Shown: positions 8,119-16,201 of the stretch, in pieces
Numbering within the stretch: position 1 is the first letter of the stretch
Layout: each line of letters begins with the position of its first letter
Source of the DNA: an uncultured Candidatus Micrarchaeota archaeon
Lineage (GTDB): Archaea > Micrarchaeota > Micrarchaeia > Micrarchaeales > Micrarchaeaceae
Assembly: GCA_963787745.1 (NCBI GenBank)
Contig: CAWBEB010000005.1
Span: forward strand, 2,260-66,259
DNA length: 64,000 nt
Direction: 5' to 3'
Made by a program: the position numbers and the translations under genes
Notes under the pieces: model-generated
What the model saw: only the letters and a program-made list of their open reading frames with translations
Databases searched by the model: none
What the model was told of the DNA's origin: nothing

Positions 8119-8919
8119 ATGGCGGGAGAACTACTGGAGGCCTACAGGAGGATAGAGAAGAGGCAGTACCTAATGGCGGTCTGCATGACAGTGTCGACGC
8201 TGGTGACCCTCCTCATAATCATACTCTACTCCCAGCTCTCATCATCTGCGGCGCAGAACGCCCGCGCCTACCTCGGCCTTTCCAGCAACTACTCATCGCT
8301 TAGTGCTACCTACGCGGTGCAGATCGCATCGCTGAAGGGGCAGCTCGGGAACCTGTCGGCAAAGTACAACCAGACGCTCTATGGCCTTGCCAACCCCTAC
8401 ACGGACCAGCTCTACAACAATTACCAGGTCAACATACCGGGCAGCAGCGTCGGCGGCTCTGGCACCAGCAACAATTATACAGGCCCGATTAGGACCTTCA
8501 ACACCACCTATTTCACCAGGTACTACACCTACAACTTCTCCTTCAACGCGCCCTACCCGGGTTACATTATACTCAACGCGACCGGAAGCGGGGCCAACAC
8601 CCAGACCAATTCGACCTGGGAGTTCCTTGTCTCAAACGGCCGCCTGATCAGGAACAGCACCTTAGAGTACTATAGCTACCAGAGCGGGGCCTACTACCAG
8701 GGAGACTACGCGCCCACCGTGACCAGCAGGGGGACTTATCGCACAAGCCTGAACACCAGCGATCCCGGTACCGTATACGCGCCACTTCCGTCCCAGTCAG
8801 GCGCCAGCGTGAGGATCCCGGTCCAGAACGGCACCGTCAGGGTCTGGATAGTCAACTTCGCAAACCAGAGCGCGGCAGTCACATTCTCTGCCAAATATGT
8901 GGGACTGCGCTCCGGATGA
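8119..8919 (+). CDS. Membrane-anchored, sequon-rich extracellular protein
   Basis: ATG 8119 lies about 30 nt downstream of CATAAAAAG. There is one TM helix (MAVCMTVSTLVTLLIIILY) followed by an N-x-S/T- and Tyr-rich domain. The ORF-track start 8053 is probably over-extended. Confidence 0.6.
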   Translation: MAGELLEAYRRIEKRQYLMAVCMTVSTLVTLLIIILYSQLSSSAAQNARAYLGLSSNYSSLSATYAVQIASLKGQLGNLSAKYNQTLYGLANPYTDQLYNNYQVNIPGSSVGGSGTSNNYTGPIRTFNTTYFTRYYTYNFSFNAPYPGYIILNATGSGANTQTNSTWEFLVSNGRLIRNSTLEYYSYQSGAYYQGDYAPTVTSRGTYRTSLNTSDPGTVYAPLPSQSGASVRIPVQNGTVRVWIVNFANQSAAVTFSAKYVGLRSG

Positions 8920-8927
8920 ATTGAGGG

Positions 8928-10043
8928 TTATGGGCCGGCCTTCTGCTGGCTTATCAGGTCCGCTAGGAGGTCGTATCCCTTGAGCGTGTCCTTGCCCTTT
9001 TGGGATTCGGAGATCGTCCCTATCTCTATCCTCATAGTACGGAAGTCTATCGCCGCCATTACCTTCTCCTTCTCGGAGCCCATCGCGTTGCTGAGCATCA
9101 CGAAGTCGCGGGCGCCGATGCCCTCCGCAACCAACTTGTCAAGGCGATCAATCGCCTTAACCTTTGTCTCGCTGCCCAGCATCACCGCGCCGAGGCAGGT
9201 GACTGTCATCATTCTCCCGTAGTCGGTCCCGTCGCTCACCCCAAGCATCCGGCCGACGATGCGGTCCGCATCCTCGGGAAAGATCTCTGAAAGATTGCTT
9301 AGCACGTTTCTTGCCCTCTTGCGGGCCAAATCAAGGTTTTCCAAAACCCCGGCATCGGTAAATGCGGCTAGGGCCTTCTTTTTCGAATAAAGCGAATCTA
9401 TCACCGAGATCGCGCTTTCGGTGATCCCGTAGTTCGGACCAGTCTGCGTCCCCCCATCAAGCTCGTCTTTGGTTCGCAGCAAATTGAACTCCATGTGGCC
9501 CGGCCCGTCGGTAAAGACGGATGACATCGCGTCCCTAAGTCCGACAAGACGATCCATTGTGGACTTCCTTATCGCCCGTATCGTTATCCCTGTCGGCCCG
9601 TGGAGGATTTCAAACCCGTCTATCTTCCCTTCCGTCTTGAGCACCTTTACGGAGAATGGGGTCGGCGGTCCGGATGCCTTCTCAAGGGACTTGACGAAGG
9701 ACTCGGAAAAAAGGTCCTTGAAGAGGACCTGTTCCCCTGCCGGAATCAGCGCGGGGTCCCGCTTTATGGTGAGTTGGAATATCACATGGTTGTATTTCAT
9801 GGTTTCCGGATCTTCCAGCACCAGGCTTCGGTCCGAAAGCGAGATGGAGACGCCGTGCCTTCCCTGCGAGGTGCGGAGCGCGGAGTTGAGAAGCCCCTCG
9901 ACAGAGGGCACGAGCTCGTTTACTTTCTTGTAGAACTCCTTGTATTCGGTAAGCTTGCCCCCCATCATGCGGCCAAACTTGGACTTCCTTATCTCCATCG
10001 GTATCATAGGATTGGGGTCCCAGGAGATATATAAGCTTTTCAT
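8928..10043 (-). CDS. Hypothetical protein
   Basis: 371-aa ORF. The overlapping ORFs are low-complexity shadows. No family recognised. Confidence 0.55.
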   Translation of the reverse strand: MKSLYISWDPNPMIPMEIRKSKFGRMMGGKLTEYKEFYKKVNELVPSVEGLLNSALRTSQGRHGVSISLSDRSLVLEDPETMKYNHVIFQLTIKRDPALIPAGEQVLFKDLFSESFVKSLEKASGPPTPFSVKVLKTEGKIDGFEILHGPTGITIRAIRKSTMDRLVGLRDAMSSVFTDGPGHMEFNLLRTKDELDGGTQTGPNYGITESAISVIDSLYSKKKALAAFTDAGVLENLDLARKRARNVLSNLSEIFPEDADRIVGRMLGVSDGTDYGRMMTVTCLGAVMLGSETKVKAIDRLDKLVAEGIGARDFVMLSNAMGSEKEKVMAAIDFRTMRIEIGTISESQKGKDTLKGYDLLADLISQQKAGP

Positions 10044-10162
10044 GAGGGGAATTCGAAGGCGCCATCTGACTACATAACGGGGATCGAGTTCAAGAGGATG
10101 ATGACGAACCTGCAGGAAGAATGGGCAAATTTACGGGATGGCAGATACCCATTCAGGAAGCT

Positions 10163-10171
10163 ATATATATT
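10163..10171 (+). promoter_or_regulatory. TATA-like box
   Basis: TATATATAT lies about 30 nt upstream of ATG 10200. Confidence 0.4.
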
Positions 10172-10199
10172 CCCATTTCAGAACCATTAGTGATCATAT

Positions 10200-10964
10200 A
10201 TGAACGTTAACAAGACTTCAGGGAATGCCAAGCAGGAGCAGACAGAAAGGCCTGCGCAGATTCCTCTGAGGGGGTCTTCCAAGACAGGAATGGCGATAGC
10301 AGCGGCAGGGCTCATGGCCATGCCAGTCGCCAATGCCTCAGTCGTCTCCACAAACGAGATGGCCTTCCCCAAGTTTACCGCAGACCTCACGCTAAGCCAG
10401 CCGGTCGCGCAACAGCTCGACTCGGTTAATCCGTTCAACACCAAGCTCGGGACCCTCGACTACGTCGAGATACAGCTCAGTGGGACGGCGAACATATCAG
10501 TCTCGGAGAACGGACTGAAGGGCTCGACCTTCGACATAATGCTCAACACCTTCTTCGACACCAAGGGCGACGCCCTCAACGGCGGGAACCCTGTCGACAC
10601 CTTAAGCTACACATTCAAGGGCGGCTCTTCGCAGAGCATGTCCAAGTCGCTTAGCTGGACTGACACCGAGACATTCACATCGCCGAGCATCCTTGCGCTC
10701 TTCGAGGGCAGCAAGCCGGTGAGCCTCTACGAGACCGTGAAACTGTCAGACAGCATCTCTACGCTCACCAAGTCCGAGAACATAAATGACTGCGGCCTCA
10801 ACGTCAGCGTGAAGGTACAGGACCTCGGGGACATAATATACGGCTACTCGCCGCGCTCGGTGCCGGAGCCCAAGGAATCCGAGCTGCTCCTCACAGGGGC
10901 AGTCGCGGTCGGCGCACTCTCCCTCCTGAGAAGGAAGCAGAACAAGGAGAGCGCCGAGGAGTAA
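10200..10964 (+). CDS. Secreted protein with PEP-CTERM-like C-terminal sorting signal
   Basis: Signal peptide KTGMAIAAAGLMAMPVANA. The C-terminus VPEPKESELLLTGAVAVGALSLLRRKQNK is a P-E-P motif followed by a TM helix and a basic cluster. Confidence 0.6.
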   Translation: MNVNKTSGNAKQEQTERPAQIPLRGSSKTGMAIAAAGLMAMPVANASVVSTNEMAFPKFTADLTLSQPVAQQLDSVNPFNTKLGTLDYVEIQLSGTANISVSENGLKGSTFDIMLNTFFDTKGDALNGGNPVDTLSYTFKGGSSQSMSKSLSWTDTETFTSPSILALFEGSKPVSLYETVKLSDSISTLTKSENINDCGLNVSVKVQDLGDIIYGYSPRSVPEPKESELLLTGAVAVGALSLLRRKQNKESAEE

Positions 10965-11008
10965 GGCGGGAGACGCCAGATAGCTGGCCTTTCCATCATG
11001 GTGGTCTT

Positions 11009-11383
11009 ATGAAAGCGATAAACATAGCCTTCGCATGCTATCCGGTGGAAAGCCTCGGCAGGGCAAGGGATTTCTACGAGAAGGTCCTGGGGCTCAAGGC
11101 GACAAGCGTCTGGGTTCAGGACGACAAGTCCGGAATGGTTGAATACGACATAGGCCCGACCACGCTCGCCATAGGGGCGGGAGCTGACACTTTCAAGGTT
11201 GGGGAGGGAGGGGCATCGGTCTCCGTGGAGGTTGAGGACTTCGACGCGACGCTCAAGGATCTCAAGGCGAAGGGCGCCAAATTCATAGTGGAGTCGACAG
11301 AGACGCCAGTATGCTTCATGGCGGTGGTGGCGGATCCTGATGGAAACAAGATAATGATACACCACAAGAAGCCGGCGAAGTAG
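11009..11383 (+). CDS. VOC/glyoxalase family protein
   Basis: YPVESLGRARDFYEKVLGLK ... FMAVVADPDGNKIMIHH. Confidence 0.75.
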   Translation: MKAINIAFACYPVESLGRARDFYEKVLGLKATSVWVQDDKSGMVEYDIGPTTLAIGAGADTFKVGEGGASVSVEVEDFDATLKDLKAKGAKFIVESTETPVCFMAVVADPDGNKIMIHHKKPAK

Positions 11384-11389
11384 ATTTCG

Positions 11390-11794
11390 TCAGTTTTTGG
11401 TCCTTCCTTTTGAGGGGCGCGCAAGGTCCGCTATCTGCAGCCTTGTCTTTTCTATCTCCCTGCGCATCAGCCCTCGGGATTCCTCGTGCATGCAGACCCC
11501 GCAGTAGGCATCCATACCCCGCAGCAGCCTTTCCAAAACCATCAGGCTTGGCAGGCGGACCTCGCCGGGGGCCTCGAATATCCGCGACCTCTGCAACTTT
11601 GACTCGTCGATGAATTCCTCAATGGTGCGGACGGGGAGCTTTTGCGCCCCGATTGTAAGCGCCACCGAGGCGCTGGAGGCCAGCCTTGCGGGGTCGCCGA
11701 GAACCATCAGGTCAAGAATGCCGGCGCTCATGAGCGCCTCTAGGGAGTGGTCCGCGCCTTCGCTTTGCTCGCTCTTCAGTCTAACCTGTTCCAT
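11390..11794 (-). CDS. Hypothetical protein
   Basis: The ORF-track frame 11390..12052 overlaps the 11961 gene and its promoter. The internal ATG at 11794 (MEQVRLKSEQ) avoids this overlap. Confidence 0.4.
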   Translation of the reverse strand: MEQVRLKSEQSEGADHSLEALMSAGILDLMVLGDPARLASSASVALTIGAQKLPVRTIEEFIDESKLQRSRIFEAPGEVRLPSLMVLERLLRGMDAYCGVCMHEESRGLMRREIEKTRLQIADLARPSKGRTKN

Positions 11795-11960
11795 ATTATC
11801 ACGCTGTGCTGCCTTTCTGCCAATCGTCGCTTGGTCATGATTAGATCGGGGTAATATAAATAACCCGACGTAGGCGGCCATCGTCCGCGCAATTCCGCTA
11901 ATCGAAAATCCGGGATCGACTTTAAATAATCTGTCTCCCACATCAGCAGCGACGATCAAT

Positions 11961-12386
11961 ATGACGAGACTGTCATTGAAGAAAGGAGAGCCGAAGGCTT
12001 CCATAATAGACGGGCTTGTCGCGAGCAAGCCAGGCCAGGACGTAGTGGTCACAGCAGTACAGAACCTTTACCTCAAGAGCGAGATAAAGGGCTTCATAAG
12101 GGAATATGTATCAAGGCTCATACCGGGAGAGGTTGTTGGGTCGGGCGCCAATGGGCAGACCTTCAACACCTACCTAAAGGAGGCCGCAGGCACGATTGGA
12201 CGGGCGTTCGAGAGGTTCAACGGCTCTGAGGAGTTTTCAGGCCCAGTGAGGGAGAAGTGGATGAAGGCGGTCCTTGAGGCAAGCGACCAGGATGGGACCC
12301 GCGGGCAGAGGCTCCGTGGGATGCTCAGGGGCGGTAGGCAGTCAAAGGAGCCTGCCGGCATCTTCGAGCTTGTCCCGGCCGGCTGA
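11961..12386 (+). CDS. Hypothetical protein
   Basis: ATG 11961 lies about 30 nt downstream of CTTTAAATAATC (11920-11931). No family recognised. Confidence 0.5.
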   Translation: MTRLSLKKGEPKASIIDGLVASKPGQDVVVTAVQNLYLKSEIKGFIREYVSRLIPGEVVGSGANGQTFNTYLKEAAGTIGRAFERFNGSEEFSGPVREKWMKAVLEASDQDGTRGQRLRGMLRGGRQSKEPAGIFELVPAG

Positions 12387-12390
12387 GCAA

Positions 12391-13419
12391 TTAACCAGCG
12401 GAGTATACAACGTAGCCAGAGGGATAGGAACCGCTTGATCCACTCGGGGTTACTGTGACGGTGTATGTGCCCGGGCTCTGGCCCGAGCATACATAGATGT
12501 AGGCATATCCGGAGTCTTCCTGATTTTCAGCTGTGGTGCATGTACCAGAAGATGGGGTCACGCCGACACTGGACATTGAGTAGACAACGCCGCTAAGCAT
12601 TATGAATGTGTACTGGCCCGTATCCCCAACCGAATAGGTGAAGGTATAGGGGGTGGTGGTACTGGAGCCCCTGTTGTTGCGGACGTAGGTGATCGCATTG
12701 TTGACCCCTACTCCCGCTATCGCGAATGCTGCCGATCCGGTTTGGGTGGCAGAGCATGTGGGGCTTGCCGATTGGTATCCTATGTCCGACCAGAAGTCCG
12801 GATATTCATCTGATGTCCACGAACTGCCGAATGAACCCTGGTAACCTACGGTGGTGCAGAAGTACCAGTTTGAGCCTGATGGAAGGGTGGTGGATATGGA
12901 ACTGCCGCTGGTGGTGGCCCCGTTTTGGCTGTAGGTTATCGGAGGTGAGGATGTGATGGCGACCTGGGTGGCCTTTGCGTTTATCGACCCTATCGGACTT
13001 TCTATCGTTTGCCCATTTTGGGTGTATTCTATCCATAATGTTCCTGTGAAAGAAGCACCCAATACATTTGAGGCGAGCGGGCAGGAGAAGTTTAGCGTGG
13101 CCGAGCCTCCTAGGTTTATTGTTGAGGCCTGGACACCGCTCCAACTTGCCGGAACGCCGGTGCCAGTGGCACAGCCGGTCTGTACAGAAGAAAGCAAGGT
13201 TACCTGAGATCCGACGGTTGCTGAAAGAAGACCGTTTGACGCCATTACTGGAGTCTTGCAGAGAAAGCCGGACTTTGCAACGCAGCTTCCTGAGGCAACC
13301 GCCCCCGAATTGAAGTTGAAGACGCCCAATGAAAAGAGGACGGCTATCACTACCGCTATGATGAGGATAGTCCACCCGTAGGTCATCAGGTACTCCATTG
13401 CTGACTGGGCCTTTGCCAT
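12391..13419 (-). CDS. Archaeal type IV pilin-like protein (class III signal peptide)
   Basis: The N-terminus MAKAQSAMEYLMTYGWTILIIAVVIAVLF is the QSAMEYL...GW prepilin-type signal. It is followed by a Cys-containing Ser/Thr/Gly-rich beta domain. Confidence 0.75.
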   Translation of the reverse strand: MAKAQSAMEYLMTYGWTILIIAVVIAVLFSLGVFNFNSGAVASGSCVAKSGFLCKTPVMASNGLLSATVGSQVTLLSSVQTGCATGTGVPASWSGVQASTINLGGSATLNFSCPLASNVLGASFTGTLWIEYTQNGQTIESPIGSINAKATQVAITSSPPITYSQNGATTSGSSISTTLPSGSNWYFCTTVGYQGSFGSSWTSDEYPDFWSDIGYQSASPTCSATQTGSAAFAIAGVGVNNAITYVRNNRGSSTTTPYTFTYSVGDTGQYTFIMLSGVVYSMSSVGVTPSSGTCTTAENQEDSGYAYIYVCSGQSPGTYTVTVTPSGSSGSYPSGYVVYSAG

Positions 13420-13503
13420 CTGATCCGAAATCCTTACCCAAGATGGGTTAAAATAGTTATTGGAGGCTCAGGTGGGGGCCATGGTTTCATGCCCTTTTTC
13501 TTT

Positions 13504-14121
13504 CTAGGCGGGACGCCTAAGGAGGAGGACCATCTTCTCGAACTTGGTGCCGAAGAGCTCGAATTCGGGTCCTATCTTCTCGAATCCCATTTTCCCGTAG
13601 AGCGCCTTCGCTCTCGTGTTGGAGGTGTGGACCGAAAGGTTTACAAGCCTGAAAAGCCTGGAAGAGTCCTCTATGACACCCTTCATTAGCTCCTTGCCGA
13701 GACCGATTCCCCTGTATTCATGGAGCAGGTGTATAGAGAGAGTGGGGCCTGCCTTCGGCGACAGGATGGATACATAGGCGATTCCCTTTATCTCGCTTCC
13801 GGCCTCTGCGACCCTTGAAACCGCGAGGCGCTCCTCAGCATCCCCCAGGAAGCGCGATACCCAGCGTTGGGTCTCGGGAAGGCGGACAGGATAGGTTAGG
13901 AACGAGAAGTTTTCCCTTCCGCTAATCAGCTCGAGGTGGAGCTGATTCCTGAAGTCTGTGAGCTTTTGGCCGTCTGAAGTTTCGAGCTGGCGTATCTTGA
14001 CGCCCTCCAGGGTCGGTGCCGGCCTGACAACTGCAGAGCCTAGCGGGAGCCGAAGCTGTAGGGATGGTGACAATTGGTAGCGGACCGTCCTTTGCCTGGT
14101 CTGGGTTCCTGCGCCGTCCAT
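13504..14121 (-). CDS. GNAT family N-acetyltransferase
   Basis: LLHEYRGIGLGKELMKGVIE...NTRAKALYGKMGFEK is the acetyl-CoA-binding R/Q-x-x-G-x-G/A motif region. Confidence 0.75.
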   Translation of the reverse strand: MDGAGTQTRQRTVRYQLSPSLQLRLPLGSAVVRPAPTLEGVKIRQLETSDGQKLTDFRNQLHLELISGRENFSFLTYPVRLPETQRWVSRFLGDAEERLAVSRVAEAGSEIKGIAYVSILSPKAGPTLSIHLLHEYRGIGLGKELMKGVIEDSSRLFRLVNLSVHTSNTRAKALYGKMGFEKIGPEFELFGTKFEKMVLLLRRPA

Positions 14122-14171
14122 GATATATGCACAAGTTGCTGTGCTGGATAATATTTAAAGTGCTCGGTTAA

Positions 14172-14651
14172 TCAGGATCTTGTACCTGCTCCGCCGTGCC
14201 TGGAATTGAGCTTGTGCTCCGAACGCATGAGCCCCGAAAATGAGATGTCCATCTCGATGCGGCCCCTGCCGTCCGACCTTATGCTGTACTTTGCATTGAT
14301 CCCATTCCCCGAAACCATTCCGGACTTCCTGGCTTCCCCATTCAAACGCGCGCTGGCGAAAACCGGCTGTCTCTCCATTTTGTACAGTCTCTCCTCGACC
14401 TCGAATTCGATTGTGGGATTCAGGCGCAGGCATGCATAGACAAGCCCGTCGTGGCCGGCCCTGGCGAGAAGGGATTTCACCCTGTGGTCGTCGCTGACCA
14501 TGGCGATGGCCATCTTCTCCGGTGTGGTGCCGTACATCGCCACGCCCTTCTGGGCGTTGCCCCCCATCGACCTGAGCTGATCTTGAAGTTCGGTAGTCAT
14601 CATAGCGCTGCCAAGGAATCTGAAGGAGATGGGTTTCTTCCGCTCGGCCAT
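14172..14651 (-). CDS. Hypothetical protein
   Basis: ATG 14651 (MAERKKPISF) lies about 30 nt downstream of AAATAAATATAT (complement of about 14680-14692). No family recognised. Confidence 0.5.
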   Translation of the reverse strand: MAERKKPISFRFLGSAMMTTELQDQLRSMGGNAQKGVAMYGTTPEKMAIAMVSDDHRVKSLLARAGHDGLVYACLRLNPTIEFEVEERLYKMERQPVFASARLNGEARKSGMVSGNGINAKYSIRSDGRGRIEMDISFSGLMRSEHKLNSRHGGAGTRS

Positions 14652-14788
14652 GTGATCGGCTCTACTGGGTGCTTCCATATATTTATTTGTTGTCCTACCT
14701 TGTCGGGAAGGCGCCGTTGTAGTTCCAAACAATCCCGCCGGGGATAGTGGTTTAGCCCTTTCCGGAGAATACTGGTCGGGGAGATTGT

Positions 14789-16132
14789 ATGGCGCTTGAG
14801 CAGGTTAGGAAGGCCGATCCGGAACTTTTTGGATTCATAAAAAGCGAGCTTGCCAGGCAGAGGGAGGGGCTTGAGATGATCCCTTCGGAGAACTTCCCAA
14901 GCCTTGCGGTTTTGGAGGCCTGCGGATCCGTGCTAAACAACAAGTACTCGGAAGGCTACCCGGGGAAGAGGTACTACGGCGGCAACCAGTACATTGACAA
15001 GGTGGAGTCCCTTGCAATAGCAAGGGCTAAGGCGCTCTTCAAGGTGCCCCATGCCAACGTCCAGCCCTATTCGGGGTCCCCGGCGAATCTCGCAGTCTAC
15101 CTTGCGCTCTGCAAGCCGGGCGACACGATAATGGGGCTCAGCCTCACCGATGGCGGCCATCTGACCCACGGATGGAACACCAGCGCAACGGGAATGCTCT
15201 TCAATAGCGTCCAGTACCACCTTGGACCCGACGGAAGGATAGACATCGAGGAGGCAAGGAAGCTGGCTAGGGAAAACAAGCCGAAGCTCATATGGGTCGG
15301 CGCGACCGCATATCCGAGGGAGCTGCCGTTTAGGGAGTTCGCCGAGATAGCCGACGAGGTGGGCGCCTACCTGGCGGCCGACATATCGCACGTTTCTGGG
15401 CTAGTGGCCGGAGGGGCGCATCCAAGCCCTGTTGATCATGTGCACATAGTAACAACGACCACCCACAAGACCCTAAGGGGCCCGAGGGGAGCCATCATAA
15501 TGGCCACCGAAAGGGGGCTCAAGAAGGACCCACAGCTCGCAGAGAAGATCGACAAGATGATATTCCCAGGACTGCAGGGCGGCCCGCACCAGCACACGAC
15601 CGCCGGCATTGCGATAGCCCTGCTGGAGGCATCAAAGCCGGAGTTCAGGGTTTATGCAGAGCAGATAGTGAAGAACTCCAGGGCCCTGGCGGAGCAGCTG
15701 AAGAAGAATGGTATAAGGCTCGTGTCGGACGGGAGCGAGAACCACCTTTTGCTGATCGACCTCACCCCGTTCGGGAAGGGAAAAGGGGTCTTCGTGCAGT
15801 ACGCCCTTGACGAAGCAGGGATAACGGTTAACAAGAACACAATACCCAACGAGCCGTCGCTCGCGTTCTATCCCAGCGGAATCAGGCTCGGGACGCCAGC
15901 GATAACCACGAGGGGCATGAAGGAACCCGAGATGGTGCAGATCGCTGACCTGCTCGCTAAGGCGATAATGGAGGTCAAGGACAACAATCTTCCCGATGAT
16001 AGGGATGAGAGGAACGCCTACCTGAAGAAGTACAAGGCTGACATCAAGTCCAACCAGAAAATCAAAGAGGTAAGGCAGGGCGTACTCGAGATCTGCGCGA
16101 GGTTCCCACTTTACCCTGAATTGGAACTCTAA
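14789..16132 (+). CDS. glyA: Serine hydroxymethyltransferase
   Basis: The full-length match includes IPSENF, YSEGYPGKRYYGG, the PLP-lysine context VTTTTHKTLRGPRG, and GGPH. Confidence 0.95.
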   Translation: MALEQVRKADPELFGFIKSELARQREGLEMIPSENFPSLAVLEACGSVLNNKYSEGYPGKRYYGGNQYIDKVESLAIARAKALFKVPHANVQPYSGSPANLAVYLALCKPGDTIMGLSLTDGGHLTHGWNTSATGMLFNSVQYHLGPDGRIDIEEARKLARENKPKLIWVGATAYPRELPFREFAEIADEVGAYLAADISHVSGLVAGGAHPSPVDHVHIVTTTTHKTLRGPRGAIIMATERGLKKDPQLAEKIDKMIFPGLQGGPHQHTTAGIAIALLEASKPEFRVYAEQIVKNSRALAEQLKKNGIRLVSDGSENHLLLIDLTPFGKGKGVFVQYALDEAGITVNKNTIPNEPSLAFYPSGIRLGTPAITTRGMKEPEMVQIADLLAKAIMEVKDNNLPDDRDERNAYLKKYKADIKSNQKIKEVRQGVLEICARFPLYPELEL

Positions 16133-16201
16133 TGTGTGTCCACATTTTAAAATAAATAACCAATTATGAAGAAATGTGGGCATACGAATTTAAGGAGCTT
16201 G

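Noticed and set aside
10090-10160. Possible C/D-box sRNA in the 156-bp gap before 10200 (GGATGATGACGAA... resembles a C box)
   Set aside because: There is no properly spaced D box (CTGA) or C'/D' pair within 50-70 nt and no terminal stem. The ATGATGA is most likely chance sequence in a promoter region.
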